From: an uncultured Alphaproteobacteria bacterium
GTDB taxonomy: Bacteria > Pseudomonadota > Alphaproteobacteria > Rhizobiales > Xanthobacteraceae
Direction of reading: 5' to 3'
DNA length: 64,000 nt
NCBI GenBank assembly: GCA_963737755.1
Contig: CAVTTZ010000033.1
Coordinates: 803,056-867,055, forward strand
This document shows positions 31,144 through 43,038 of this stretch, piece after piece; position 1 is the stretch's first letter; every line of letters starts with the position of its first letter. Made by a program: the position numbers and the translations under genes. Below the pieces are notes generated by a model, which did no database searches, was not told the DNA's origin, and worked only from the letters and a program-made list of their open reading frames with translations.

Positions 31144-32776
31144 TCACTTTTTGCTGGGTTCGGCTTCGCCGTTTTTCTTATGGTGCACGACGGCTGCGCT
31201 CGACGGCTCGACCGCCGAAGCAAAGTCAAGTCCGATCGAGTCGCCGATGCTGCGCAGCGCCGGAAGCTGCAGCGCCATGCCCAAAATGCTGTCCATCACC
31301 TGATTGATCGGGGGCTTCTGGCTGCCGTCGCCATTGCCGTTGCCGCCCGGCGTCCCGGGGGCATTGCCGCCGAAGCCGTTGAGCTGATGAATGCGGATGG
31401 AGTCGATCTTCTCCGCCGGCTTCATCATCTGCGAGACGATCTCGGGCAGCCGGTCGAGGCGGTATTGCTCGAGCTTCATGCGGATCAGCGCGTCGGTCTG
31501 TGAGTTCTCGGCGTCGATCACCGCGCGCTCGCCCTCGGATTGCGGCCAGCAGCCGCAAACGTTCGGCCTCCGCCTTGGTGCGCACCGCCTCGGACTCGGC
31601 GCGGATCCGCCGCAGCAGCACACCGGCTTCGGTCTCGGCCTTGGCCTGCTCCACCGCGCCCTGCTCGTTGACGCGCTTGAGCGCGATCTCGTGGGAGCGA
31701 TCGGCGACGGCGCGGTCGCGCTCGGTCTGCACATGCTCTTCCGCCAGCACCACTTCGGTGCGGGCCAGCTCGGCCTGGGCGCGCGACTTCGCCTCTTCGA
31801 CATGCTTGGCGGCAAGCTGGATCGCGCTGTCCACTTTCTTGAGCTCGACGCCAAGCTGCAACTCGACCTCGAGCTTGCGCAACTGGCTCTGCTTGGCGAC
31901 TTCCGTGGCCTTGGTCTGGCGCTCGCGCTCGATGCGCGCTTCTTCGGACGCGATCATCGCCTCCTCGCGCGCCTTGGCGGCTTCCGCGTCGCTCGCGGCA
32001 CGGATCTTTTCGATCTCGAGATGCTGGTTGATCTGCGCTTCTTCTTCCTGCTTCGACAGAACGAGCCGCTGCTTGGTGGCTTCGAGCTGGGTCTGCCGCA
32101 CCGAAATGTCGGCATCCGCCTCGATCTCGGCCCGCTTCTTGCGGTTGACCGCAATGATCTCGGCGAGCTTGCGCAGGCCGACCGCGTTGAAAGCGTTGTT
32201 CTCGTCGAACGATGAAAACGCCGACTGATCGAGCCGTGTCAGCGACACTAAATCGAGCAGGATGCCGTTCTGCTTGAGGTTCTCGCGCAGCAGATCGGAG
32301 ATGTTGCCAACAAACTCGGCGCGGCCTTCGTGCAGGCTGTCCATGGTGTGACGCGCCGCCACCGCCTGCACGGCATCGACAAACCGGCCTTCGAGCAGAT
32401 TGCGAATGCCGTCGACCGTGAATGACTTGGCGCCGAGCGCCTGCGCCGCCGTGGCAATGCCGTCGGCCGTCGGAATGACCCGCACATAGAATTCAAGCTC
32501 GACATCGACCCGCATGCGATCTTCGGTGATCACCGATTTGTCGCCGGTGCGACGGACCTCGATGCGCAAGGTGCGCATGTTGATCTCTTCGACCTTGTGC
32601 AGGAATGGCAGCGCCAGGCAGCCGCCGGAAATGAGAATGCGCTGTCCGCCGAATCCGGTCCGGACCAGCGCGATGTCGCGCGTGGACTTGCGATAAAAGC
32701 GGTTGAGAAACAGAACCGCAATCGCGATCACCACAACCGCGACGGCTATGGCGAGCACCCATCCGAGGATGACCAT
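31144..32776 (-). CDS. Flotillin-like SPFH/band-7 protein (YqiK family), one frame break near 31555
   Basis: N-terminal TM helix then SPFH domain and long Glu/Ala/Arg/Lys coiled coil; C-terminus ..VIDAENSQTDALIRMKLEQYRLDRLPEI.. in second frame; SD GAGGTGGGGG. Confidence 0.7.
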
Positions 32777-32951
32777 GGCCCCCACCTCGTGGTCTAAACA
32801 CCCAAAACTATTTGAAAAGTGAAGTATCTCCTTTCGGCTGTCAATAGCCTCGCGGCGCACGCCTTCCGGGGCTTCATTGTTTGATGTCAAACGGCGAAGG
32901 GGCGCGCGGCAGCGCGGCGAAAATGCCGGCAGGAATGGAAACGCGATATGC

Positions 32952-33392
32952 CTACGATCCGGTGCGATCGATCAGCTCTGACAACAGCCGCTTGAGCTGC
33001 TCGGTCTCGCGGTCGCCATAGCCCTCGACGATTTCGGCTTGCCGCGAATTGGCAAGACGGCTGAGCCGGTCGTTGAGCGCGCGGCCGCGGTCCGAAATGA
33101 AGATCAGCACTTTGCGGCCATCCTTCGGATCCGGGCGGCGGTAAACGAGCGCGTCGGAGACCATGCGGTCGATCATCTTGGTCAGCGTCGGATGGTTGAG
33201 CAGCGCGGCCTGGGTCAGGTCGCTCATCGGACGACCGTTCGTCTCGACCAGAAGCTTCAGGATGCGCCAGTGTTCGACCGGCACGCCCTCGCTGCGAAAT
33301 TCCTCGTCGAGTTGCTGGTGCACCTGCCGGGTCGCGCGCGCCAAAAGGTAAGCAATGTGCTCGTTAATCGGGCGATTACGGGGCATAGCCAT
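32952..33392 (-). CDS. MarR family transcriptional regulator
   Basis: wHTH ..RPMSDLTQAALLNHPTLTKMIDRMVSDALVYRRPDPKDGRKVLIFISDRG..; SD AAGAAGG. Confidence 0.75.
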   Translation of the reverse strand: MAMPRNRPINEHIAYLLARATRQVHQQLDEEFRSEGVPVEHWRILKLLVETNGRPMSDLTQAALLNHPTLTKMIDRMVSDALVYRRPDPKDGRKVLIFISDRGRALNDRLSRLANSRQAEIVEGYGDRETEQLKRLLSELIDRTGS

Positions 33393-33590
33393 TGGCCTTC
33401 TTGGAGAATCCGTTTCCACGGGCCGCGGTTAGCTGCTAGCATTTTATGCGGCGGATAACCATTCGACGACGGTATATCTGCTAGCGGCCGGGGACAGGAC
33501 AGCGTGATGATTGTTACATCCCCAATCGCAGCATTGCGTCCGCGTTCGCTCTCGCCGCGCGTGATGAGCGGCGGCTGCGACGACATCGAC

Positions 33591-34674
33591 ATGTCATTGG
33601 CGCGGGCGCGCAGCCGCTCGGATCGCTTGCGCATCGCCTTTCTGATTCCGCTCAGCGGCCCGGCCGGCCTGTGGGGGCCGTCATGTCAGGCCAGCGCGGT
33701 GCTGGCCTCGCAAGAGGTGAACGCCGCCGGCGGCATTTTGGGCCGCGAGATCGAACTGGTTTTCGCCGACGCCGGCGCCGATCCCGATTTGGTGGCCGAA
33801 GATACCCTCGACCTGATCGCGGACAACCAGGCCGAGGCGGTGATCGGCATGCATATCAGCGCCGTGCGGGTGGCTTTGGTGCGCGCTTTGCGCGGCCGGC
33901 TGCCGTACGTCTACACGCCGGTTTATGAAGGCGGCGAGCGCTCGCCCGGTTTGTTCATGGTCGGCGAAACGCCGGCGCGGCAGCTCAAGCCGGCGATCCA
34001 CTGGCTCGCCGAACAGCGCCGCGCGCGCCGCTGGTATCTGATCGGCAACGATTACGTCTGGCCTCACGTGTCGCATCGCGCCGCTCGGCGCTATGTCAAA
34101 GAAACCGGCGGCGAAGTGGTCGGCGTCGACTACGTGCCATTCGGCTGCGAGGATCACGACTGCGTATCTGGCGCGCATCAGCAGGGCGAAGCCCGATGTC
34201 GTTTTGGTCTCGATGGTCGGGACCGACTGCGTCACCTTCAACCGCGCCTTCGCGGCCGCCGGACTTGCCCGTCACATGCTGCGCTTGTCGGTCGCGAGCG
34301 AGGAAAATACCTTGCTGGGCATCGGCGCGCGGCAGGCCGAGAATTTCTACTTCACGGCCGGCTATCTGTCGGTGCTGGATACGCCGGCCAACGCGGCGTT
34401 TCTCGACCGCTATGATGCCGCCTTCGGCCGCGAGGCGCCGATGCCCAATACGATCGGCCAATCCTGCTACGAAGGCATTCGCCTCTATGCGGAGCTTGCG
34501 CGGCGCGCCGGCTCGCTCGGCGTCGCCGAGCTTTCACGGGTGTCCGAAGGCCTGAGCTACACGGGCGGCCGCGGCCGCGTCACCGTACAGAAACGGCATC
34601 TCTTGTCCGATATCTATCTGGCGCAAGCCGACGGGCTGAAATTCAAGATCCTGGCGCACTTTCCGGCGCCGTAA
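33591..34674 (+). CDS. AmiC-like cytoplasmic amide-binding sensor (LivJ-fold, no signal peptide), one frame break near 34150
   Basis: RLRIAFLIPLSGPAGLWGPS.. aligns with AmiC; second half in ORF 34093-34674. Confidence 0.65.
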
Positions 34675-34680
34675 ATAGTC

Positions 34681-35310
34681 TCAGGCCGCGAATGCGCTGC
34701 GGTGTTCTTCCAGCTTGCGGATCATGCTGGCGGTATTCTCGACCTGTGCGAAGGCGGCCTTCAACGTCGCCAGCACGACCGGCTGAATCTGCTCCGCCGA
34801 AACCTCCGGCGTATTGAAGGTCGCGGTGCCATCGCTGATGAAAAACACCTTGTAGTCCCGCATGTTGGCTTCGCGCGCCGTCGTCTCGCAGCAGACATTG
34901 GTGCAAATGCCGGTGATGATCACCGTATCGATGCCGCGATTGCGCAGAATGAGATCGAGATCGGTGCCGTGGAAAGCACCGTAGCGGGGCTTTTCGAGCA
35001 GGATGTCGTTCTTGCCGACGACGATTTCGGGATGCAGCTCGGCCTGCTTGTTGCCCTTGTTGATCAAGCCGGCCGCGATCGCCGGAATGATCACGCCCAT
35101 CACGCCGGTATTGCTGCCGTCCGGCCGCACCAGATGCAAGGTGTGAATGACCAGCGCGCCGCGGCGGCGGCAGACATCGGCGAGCTTGTTGATGCGCGGC
35201 ACAATCTCGCGGCCGCGCGGCGCCGCAACCGGAGAGTTCTCGACGAAGCAGTTCTGCATGTCGATGTTCAGAAGCGCGGTCTTGCGCGGATCGAACTTGA
35301 AATCGGTCAT
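34681..35310 (-). CDS. Isochorismatase-family cysteine hydrolase
   Basis: Intact 209 aa; ..TALLNIDMQNCF.., ..VIITGICTNVCCETTAREA. Confidence 0.8.
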   Translation of the reverse strand: MTDFKFDPRKTALLNIDMQNCFVENSPVAAPRGREIVPRINKLADVCRRRGALVIHTLHLVRPDGSNTGVMGVIIPAIAAGLINKGNKQAELHPEIVVGKNDILLEKPRYGAFHGTDLDLILRNRGIDTVIITGICTNVCCETTAREANMRDYKVFFISDGTATFNTPEVSAEQIQPVVLATLKAAFAQVENTASMIRKLEEHRSAFAA

Positions 35311-35368
35311 GCCTGCCTCCGTCGCCGCGTGCGTTACCAGGTTGCGTCAGTCCATTTCCCTGCAAAAG

Positions 35369-36346
35369 CTAGGCCGACAATAACGACCGCAGCTTCGCGT
35401 CCCGCGCTTTATTCTCGGCCCGCGCTTTCAACGCAGCCGCCATATCGACAACGACGAAGCGCGCGAGATTGTTGGGCTGCATCTGCGCGACACGATCCAT
35501 GTCGGCGCTGATCACGGTGCCGATCATTGCATAGCCGCCGCCCGACACCGCATCGCGATGCAGAATGATCGGCTCGAGACCGCCCGGCACCTGGACCGAG
35601 CCATAGGGATAGCCGGCATCGACGATGTTGGACGGATCGGACCCGGCGCCGAACGGCTGCTTGCGTTCGCGGAACGACAGCGGACGGCCCTTGCGGTAGC
35701 GATAGCCGATGCGATCAGCCTCGGGCGCCACGGTCCAGGTGTCCTCGAAGAAGTTCTTGGCGGCTTCGTCGGTCAGGCGATGATAGTAGAGACCGGTCAG
35801 CACCCGCAATTCGAGCGACTTCGGGTAGCTCGGCGTCAGTTCGCTCGATAGCTTGCGGCCGGCGCGCGCGCCGGAGCGCGGCTGGCCGACCGGGAGCACG
35901 TCACCGGCCGCGATCTTGCGGCCGGAAAATCCACCCAATGCGCCGAGCCCGTAGGTCGAACGGCTGCCCAGCACGACCGGCACGTCGATGCCTCCGGCCA
36001 CGGCGATGTAGCAGCGCGCACCGGCTTTCATGAAATCGAAGGTGAGCTTGTCGTCGGCCTTCACGGCGAACAACTCGTTGCGCGGCCGCGCCTCGCCGTT
36101 GATCTTCGGCGTTGCTTCGGCGCCGCTGATCGCGACGATCGCGGGCGCGCGAAACACCAGCTCCGGCGCCAGCAGGCTCGCTTCCAGAACCGCGGCGCCC
36201 TCGTCGTTACCGACCAGAAGGTTGGCAATCTTCAGGGCGTATTGGTCGAGCGCGCCCGACAGCGGAATACCGATATTGTAATAGCCCGGCCGGCCCGCAT
36301 CCTGAACGGTGGTCGCGAGACCCGGTTTGATAACCTCAATGGCCAT
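35369..36346 (-). CDS. pxpC: 5-oxoprolinase subunit C / KipA-like (allophanate hydrolase subunit 2 family)
   Basis: Intact 325 aa, ..KPGLATTVQDAGRPGY.. family hallmark. Confidence 0.8.
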   Translation of the reverse strand: MAIEVIKPGLATTVQDAGRPGYYNIGIPLSGALDQYALKIANLLVGNDEGAAVLEASLLAPELVFRAPAIVAISGAEATPKINGEARPRNELFAVKADDKLTFDFMKAGARCYIAVAGGIDVPVVLGSRSTYGLGALGGFSGRKIAAGDVLPVGQPRSGARAGRKLSSELTPSYPKSLELRVLTGLYYHRLTDEAAKNFFEDTWTVAPEADRIGYRYRKGRPLSFRERKQPFGAGSDPSNIVDAGYPYGSVQVPGGLEPIILHRDAVSGGGYAMIGTVISADMDRVAQMQPNNLARFVVVDMAAALKARAENKARDAKLRSLLSA

Positions 36347-37214
36347 TGAGCGCTCCCGCCAGATGCCGGGCGTAGCCGCTCGGATCTTTCTTGAAATCTT
36401 TCAATGAGAACGTGACCGGATGGAACGTCATGTTGAAGGTTCCGGCCTCGACCGCCTTGATGTCGCGGTCGTATTCTTCGCGCGTGATCGGCTTGAATTT
36501 CACCATGTCGCCGGGCTTGAAGATGGCGAGGAAGTCCTTGAAATACGGCAACGACTGCGCCGGATCGTAGATCGGCGCCGGCGTGATGCCGAGCATCTGA
36601 TAGCCGCCGGCACCCCGCACCGAATAGATCGCGATGAAGCAGCCGCCGTGGCCGATAGTCAGCTTCGGCGTGTCGGTGCGTGGCCGCAGATATTTCGGCA
36701 CCTCGATCTGCTTCGAGCGCTCGACGATCTGATAAAGCCACGGAAGACCGGCGACAAAACCGACCATCGAGACGAACCACGGCGCGCCCGAGTGCGCGGC
36801 GATGAAGTCGTCGACGGTTTTGTAGCCGTTGATGCGAGCGGCGTATTCGATGTCGGTGCTGCTCGGATCCTGGTGCCGCTCGCGGAAGCGCGCCCCGGTC
36901 TCGTTGGTCCAGGGATCGTTATAGAGCACCGGCATCTCGACAATGCGGGTCGGCAGTTCGCCCTCGGCGTCGCCGACTTGCGACTCGATCTCCTTCAGGG
37001 TCGCCAGCATCTTGTCCGGATGAATCACATCGGGATCGAAGCGCACCAGATAGGACGCATTCGACGGGCAGATTTCCGTGACGCCGGGAATCTTGCGCTT
37101 CTCGAGTTCCTTGCAGATCGCCATGCCCTTGAAAAAGGCTTCCAGCGACATCTCCTCGCCGATCTCAGCGAAGACATGCTCGTCGGCGCCGAAGGAGTAA
37201 CGAATTCCGCTCAT
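36336..37214 (-). CDS. pxpB: 5-oxoprolinase subunit B / KipI-like (allophanate hydrolase subunit 1 family)
   Basis: Intact; cyclophilin-like family sequence. Confidence 0.8.
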   Translation of the reverse strand: MSGIRYSFGADEHVFAEIGEEMSLEAFFKGMAICKELEKRKIPGVTEICPSNASYLVRFDPDVIHPDKMLATLKEIESQVGDAEGELPTRIVEMPVLYNDPWTNETGARFRERHQDPSSTDIEYAARINGYKTVDDFIAAHSGAPWFVSMVGFVAGLPWLYQIVERSKQIEVPKYLRPRTDTPKLTIGHGGCFIAIYSVRGAGGYQMLGITPAPIYDPAQSLPYFKDFLAIFKPGDMVKFKPITREEYDRDIKAVEAGTFNMTFHPVTFSLKDFKKDPSGYARHLAGALNGH

Positions 37215-37234
37215 GCGTCTCTGCCCCTCGTTGC

Positions 37235-38597
37235 CTACCCTGCCGGCTGTTGCGGCGCCGCCAACCATCGTTCCAACGATCCGGTGTCGAAACGCGCCGC
37301 CTTCACGTCGTCCAACCGGGCCAACCGCTTATGCAGGCCTGCGGTCGTGACCAACCCTTCGATCGCAAATTCGTCGAGCGCGCGGCGCAGCCGTGCCAGC
37401 GCCAGGTCGCGAGTTTCGGCATGAACAACGATCTTGGCAAGGAGAGAGTCGTAGTACGCCGGCACGGAATATCCGGGATACAGCATGGTGTCGACCCGCA
37501 CCCCCGGCCCGGCCGGCAACGTCAACGCGCCGATTTTGCCGGGCGACGGCCGGAAATTCTTGTCCGGATCCTCGGCATTGATCCGCACCTCGATGGCGGC
37601 CCCGCGCCGTTGCACATCGGCTTGCGTCAGCCGCAGCGGCTCGCCCTGGGCGATACGGATCATCTCGCGCACCAGATCGATGCCGGTGATCATCTCGGTG
37701 ATCGGGTGCTCGACCTGGATGCGGGTGTTCATCTCGATGAAGAAGAACTCGCCGGTCGTTTCGTCGTAGAGATATTCCAGCGTCCCGGCCCCGCGATAGC
37801 CGGCGCGCTCCGCGAGCCGCACCGCCGACGCGCACAGCTCCTGACGGGTTTTCTCATCGATCGCCGGTGACGGCGCCTCTTCCCAGACTTTCTGCCGCCG
37901 CCGCTGCAGCGAACATTCACGCTCGAAGCAGTGAATGACGTTCTTGCCGTCGCCCAGCACCTGCACTTCGAGGTGACGCGCGCGCGCCAGGAAGCGCTCG
38001 AGATAAAGCGCACCATTGCCGAAGGCGGCCTTGGCTTCGGCCTGCGCGGTGTTGAAATGATGTTCGAAGCCGGCCTCATCGCTCGGCGACCCGAATGCCG
38101 CGACCGCCGCCGCCGGCGCTGGCTTTGAGCATGACCGGAAAGCCGATCTTGCGGGCCGCGATCAGTGCCTGCTCGATGTCGGCGACTTCGCCTTCGCTGC
38201 CCGGCACCACCGGTACGCCGGCGGCCTGCGCGGCCGCACGCGCCGCCGCCTTGTCGCCCATCGTGCGGATCGTGTCGGCGCTCGGCCCGACAAAAACGAG
38301 GCCCGCCGCGGTCACGGCGTCGACGAAGTGTGCGTTCTCGGACAGGAAGCCATAGCCCGGATGGACCGCGCCGGCACCGGACTGCTGCGCGGCCGCAATG
38401 ATCGCATCGATGTTCAGGTAGCTCTTGCCGGCGGGCGACGGCCCGATATGGACGGCCTCGTCGGCAAGACGCACCGCAAGGCTGTCCTTGTCGGCATCGC
38501 TGAACACCGCGACGGTGCGCAGATCGAGCTCTTTGGCCGCGCGAATAATCCGCACAGCGATTTCGCCGCGATTGGCGACTAGGAGTTTGTCAAACAC
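37235..38597 (-). CDS. Biotin carboxylase (AccC-like) associated with PxpBC, one frame break near 38070
   Basis: [20 protein letters not shown].. then ..[22 protein letters not shown].. in a second frame. Confidence 0.7.
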
Positions 38598-38674
38598 GCG
38601 CGCTTATTCCGCAACAGCCGTTCCTGCCGGGTCGCGAACATTCTCTTTATCTCGACGAGCCGTCAAGCTTGCGC

Positions 38675-40261
38675 TCAATATCCCAGCGCCATGCCGTCTT
38701 TGCGCGGATCGGAGCCACCAATCAGCACGCCGCGCTCGTGATCGATCCAGATCGCCTGGCAGCCGCCGAGCGGCTTCTCGGTAAAGACCACCTTGTGGCC
38801 GCGCCGTTCGAGTTCGGCGGCGGTGGCGGTATCGATCGTCGGTTCAAGTTGCAGCACGCCGCCGTAAGCGAAACTGCGCGGCGCGTCGGCTGCGGCCTGC
38901 GGATCAAGACCCTCCGCGCAACACGCGGGTGAGAAAATGCGCATGGCCGGCAGCCTGATAGTGCCCGCCCATCACGCCGAACGGCATGACCGCGCGGCCG
39001 TTCTTCATCAGCATGGCCGGAATGATGGTGTGCAGCGGCCGCTTGCGTGGCGCGATCGCGTTCGGATGCCCCGGCAAGACCCGGAAGCTCGAGCCGCGGC
39101 TGTGAAACAACACGCCGCTGTTCGGCGCCATGATGCCGGAGCCGAATTCGCGCGAACAGCGAATTGATGAACGAGATGGCGTTGCCGTCGCGATCGACGA
39201 CGCAGAGATAGACCGTGTCCTTGTGCTCCACCTCATCGAGCAGCAACGCTTCGGATACACCGCGAAGACTGATCGCCGCGCGGATGCGCTCGGCGTAGGC
39301 GTCAGACAGAAACCGCGGCACGTCGAGCGGATGAGCGACCGGATCGCAGAAATAAGCATCGCGCGCGCCGTAGGCCGCCTTGGCGACTTCGGCCAAAACA
39401 TGAATCCGATCGGCGTCGCTGGACGGCGCATCGAACAGATCGAAGCCGGCCAGCGCCTTGACCATCATCAGCGCGACGATGCCCTGGCCGTTCGGCGGGC
39501 ATTCATAAACGTCGTGTCCCGCATACGCGGCCGATATCGGCGTCTCATAAACGGCCCGCTGCGCGGCGAAATCCTCCAGCGTGTGCAAGCCGCCGGCGGC
39601 CCGCAGCCGCGCCACCATGTCGTCGGCGACCGGGCCTTCGTAGAAAGCCGCTGCGTCCTTCTTTGGCGATGCGCCGCAGCGTGGCCGCCAACAGCGGCTG
39701 CCGGACGATCTCGCCGAGCTCAAGCGGCTTGGCGCCCGGAAAGAACAACGGCGCGGCCGTCGGGTCGTCGGCGACGCGCGCACAAGAACCGCGGAGGTCG
39801 AAGGCCACCCGCGGCGCGACCGGACAGCCTTCCTCAGCCAAACGGATCGCCGGCTGCAGCAATTCGCCCAACTCGCGGGTGCCGTAATCAGCCGCCAGCC
39901 GGACCCAGCCGTCGACCGCGCCCGGTACGGTGACGGCGTGCGCGGATCGCTCCGGGATGTCACGAAAGCCGTGCTCCAAATACCAGTCGAGCGTGGCAGC
40001 GGCCGGCGCACGGCCCGAGGCGTTGAGCGCGACCGGCGCGCCGCCCTTCGGCGAATAGAGAACAAAACAATCGCCGCCGATCCCGGTCATGTGCGGCTCG
40101 GCGAGACACAGCACCGCCGACGCCGCGATCGCAGCATCGACAGCGTTGCCGCCGTCGCGCAAGACCGCGATGGCGGCTTCGGTGGCGAGCGGGTGTGAGG
40201 TCGCGGCCATCGCCTGGTCGCTGACGGCAGCCGAACTATTCGGCCGTTGGAAGTGCTTCAT
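38675..40261 (-). pseudogene. Gamma-glutamyltransferase family protein without signal peptide, at least 3 frame breaks
   Basis: Fragments ..MTGIGGDCFVLY.., ..[20 protein letters not shown].., ..[28 protein letters not shown].., C-terminal ..[14 protein letters not shown] in four ORFs. Confidence 0.6.
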
Positions 40262-40451
40262 CGCTAACGTGTCCCGGCAGAAAGCTGGAGCATGTTCCGG
40301 AAAAGTGGAAACCGGTTTTCCGGGACATGCGAGAACAAATAAATCCAGAGCACTTCCGATTCAATCGAGGTGAGACGTGCTCTGGGCTCGGCTTAGCATC
40401 GCGCTGCAAGGCAAGGGCGAGCGCGGCTTGCCCGCCCTGCCGATATGCAGA

Positions 40452-41949
40452 TCAAAGCGGCGGCGTCGACGCCGGCGGCTTGCGATGATGCGTCGCCTGC
40501 TCGAAGGCGTAGCCGAGGCGGAACAGATCGGGCTCGTGATAAGGCAGCACGACCATTTCCAGACCGACCGGAATGCCGGCGGACGAAAAACCGGCGGGCA
40601 GACAGATCGACGGCAGCCAGGTTTGCGCCGCGATCAGCGTGTTGGTCGGGAAGGTCAGCACCGTCCAGCGCCCGTTGTTGAGCTCTTCGCGGGTCGGCGG
40701 CAACACTTGGCACGACGGGAAGCAAATACCATCGAGTTTGTTGGCGGCGATGATGTTGACGACCGCGCGCTGGAAGGCGTCGCGCGCCGCGAGTTTGCGA
40801 TAATAGTCCGGATCGTCTTCCGGCTTCGCCGGACCGGTCATGATGTCTTTGATGAGATCGAGATTCTTGTGGTACTTGCCGTCTTTGTAGATCGCGTCGA
40901 TCGACTTGTAGGCGAAGTCCGGATTCTTGCCGAGGAACGCGTTGATGTCGTGGCGCGAGTGCGTGATGTAGAGCGACGTCTCGATGATGAAATCCATCAT
41001 CTTCGGCAGGCTGACATCGACAACTTCGGCGCCGGCAGCCGCGATTGATTTGATCGCCGCGCGCACCACTTTGTTCACCTCGGCGCAATCCGGATCGCTG
41101 TCGCTGCCGAAAGCTTCTTTCAGAACGCCGATGCGCGCGCCCTTGAGGCCGTTGGCATCGAGGTTTTGGGTGTAGCTGCCTTTGTGGCCGGCGATGGCGT
41201 AAGCGGCCGTGTAGGGGTCCGCCGGATCGTAGCCGACGATCGCGTCGAGCACGATCGCGGTGTCCTTGACGGTGCGGCCCATCGGCCCGGCGGTGTCCTG
41301 AAACACCACCAGCGGCGACAAGCCCTTGCGGCTGATCAGGCCGGGCGTAACGCGCACGCCGACCAGATTGTCGAAGCTCGCCGGCAGACGGATGGAGCCG
41401 CCGGTATCTTCGCCGATGCCGACCGTCGCCAGATTGGCGGCGACCGCCGCGCCGGTGCCGGCGCTGGAGCCGCCCGGATCGCGGGCCAGATCATAGGGAT
41501 TTTTGGTCTCGCCGCTGGCCGACGAATAGCCGAACCAGGAGGTGGCGAAATCCGGCAAGGTGGTTTTGCCGAGGATGATCGCGCCGGCCTCTTTGAGCTT
41601 GGCGACGAGCGTCGAAGTCTTCCTTCGGCACATAGCCCTTGATGGCGATCGAGCCGAAGCTTGTCGGGATCCCCTTGCTCTCGGCCTGATCCTTGACGCC
41701 GATCGGGATGCCGTGCAGCGGGCCGCTGAGCTTGCCGGATTTCTGGAATGCGGCGTCGAGCGCGGCGGCTTCCTTCAGCGCGTCCGGATTGAGCGCCACG
41801 AAGGCGTTCAGCGCCGGACCTTTCTGATCGTAGGCCGCGATCCGGTCGAGATAGGCTTGCACGAGTTCGACGCAGGTCAGCGTTTTCGCCCGAAAGGCAT
41901 CGTGAATCTGGTCGATCGTCGCTTCTTCGAGAACAAAACTCTTTGCCAC
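40452..41949 (-). CDS. Amidase (amidase-signature family), one frame break near 41630; GTG start after AAGGAGAAG
   Basis: GGSSAGTGAAVAANL signature; N-terminal 150 aa in ORF 41491-41982. Confidence 0.7.
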
Positions 41950-42029
41950 GGACTTCTCCTTGATAATTCCGATCCCGCCCACAAGACCGACAGCGCAGAC
42001 AGAACGCGCGCGTCAGCCGCAAGTGTTCT

Positions 42030-43022
42030 TTATTTGGCGCGCACCAGGCGCGTCAGGCCACCATCGAGCGCCAGGGCCGCGACAATGATCGCGCCTTTGA
42101 TGATCGATTGATAGTACGGACTGATGTCGAGCAGCACGAAACCGTTCGAGATCGTGGCGATGATCCCGAGGCCGACGACGGTGCGCCACATCGCGCCGAC
42201 CCCGCCCGACAGCGAGGTTCCGCCGACCACCACGATGGTGAGCACGTCGAAAATGATGCCGGGATCGAGGTTGGCTTGCGCCGACGAAAGCTGCGAGGCG
42301 ACGATGCTGCCGGCAAGACCGATGCAGCCGCCGAGCACCACATAGGTGCTGGCGACGACCGTGCGCACGCGGATGCCGGAGAGCCGGCTCGCCTCGTAAT
42401 TGCCGCCGACCGAATAGATCGCCTCGCCGTAGACGGTGCGGGCGAGAATAAAGCCGAACACCAGCAGGAAGACGATCAGCAGCATGCCGGAATACGGGAC
42501 GCCGTGCCAGCGCCCGGCGCCGAGCACGCCGAAGTTCGGGTCGTCGACCAGGAAGGCCGCGTTCTTGGTCATCACCAACGCGACGCCGTTGATGACGAAG
42601 CCGCTGCCGACGGTGGTGATGAACGGATTGATCCGCACCACGGCGACCAGGAGGCCGTTGACCAGACCGAATACCAGTCCGACCACGATCGCAGCCGCGA
42701 ACGCGATCGAAGGCGGATAGCTTTGCCCCACATAGGCCGCGACCACCGCGCAGAGCGAATAGCCCGAGGCGACCGACAGATCGAACCCGCCGGTGAGAAT
42801 GACGAAGGTCATCCCCACCGCCATGATGCCGGCCGGCGCCCACTGCGAGAGCATGTTGAAGATGTTCTGCGGCGACAGGAAGGCTGGATTGCCGATCCCG
42901 ACCACCGCGATCAGCAGCACCAGGGTCAGGATGATGCCGTAGACGCGGATCAGGGTCGGCAATTGATCGCGCCAGGCCCCCACGGGCCGGGGCACAGGAC
43001 GCGCCGTGTTGATGGTGGTCAT
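42030..43022 (-). CDS. ABC permease (ribose/xylose RbsC family)
   Basis: Intact 330 aa. Confidence 0.8.
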   Translation of the reverse strand: MTTINTARPVPRPVGAWRDQLPTLIRVYGIILTLVLLIAVVGIGNPAFLSPQNIFNMLSQWAPAGIMAVGMTFVILTGGFDLSVASGYSLCAVVAAYVGQSYPPSIAFAAAIVVGLVFGLVNGLLVAVVRINPFITTVGSGFVINGVALVMTKNAAFLVDDPNFGVLGAGRWHGVPYSGMLLIVFLLVFGFILARTVYGEAIYSVGGNYEASRLSGIRVRTVVASTYVVLGGCIGLAGSIVASQLSSAQANLDPGIIFDVLTIVVVGGTSLSGGVGAMWRTVVGLGIIATISNGFVLLDISPYYQSIIKGAIIVAALALDGGLTRLVRAK

Positions 43023-43038
43023 CCGAGAACTCGCAATG

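Noticed and set aside
37235-38597. Two separate small biotin-carboxylase genes
   Set aside because: The pieces are collinear with one AccC and separated only by a frame shift near 38070.
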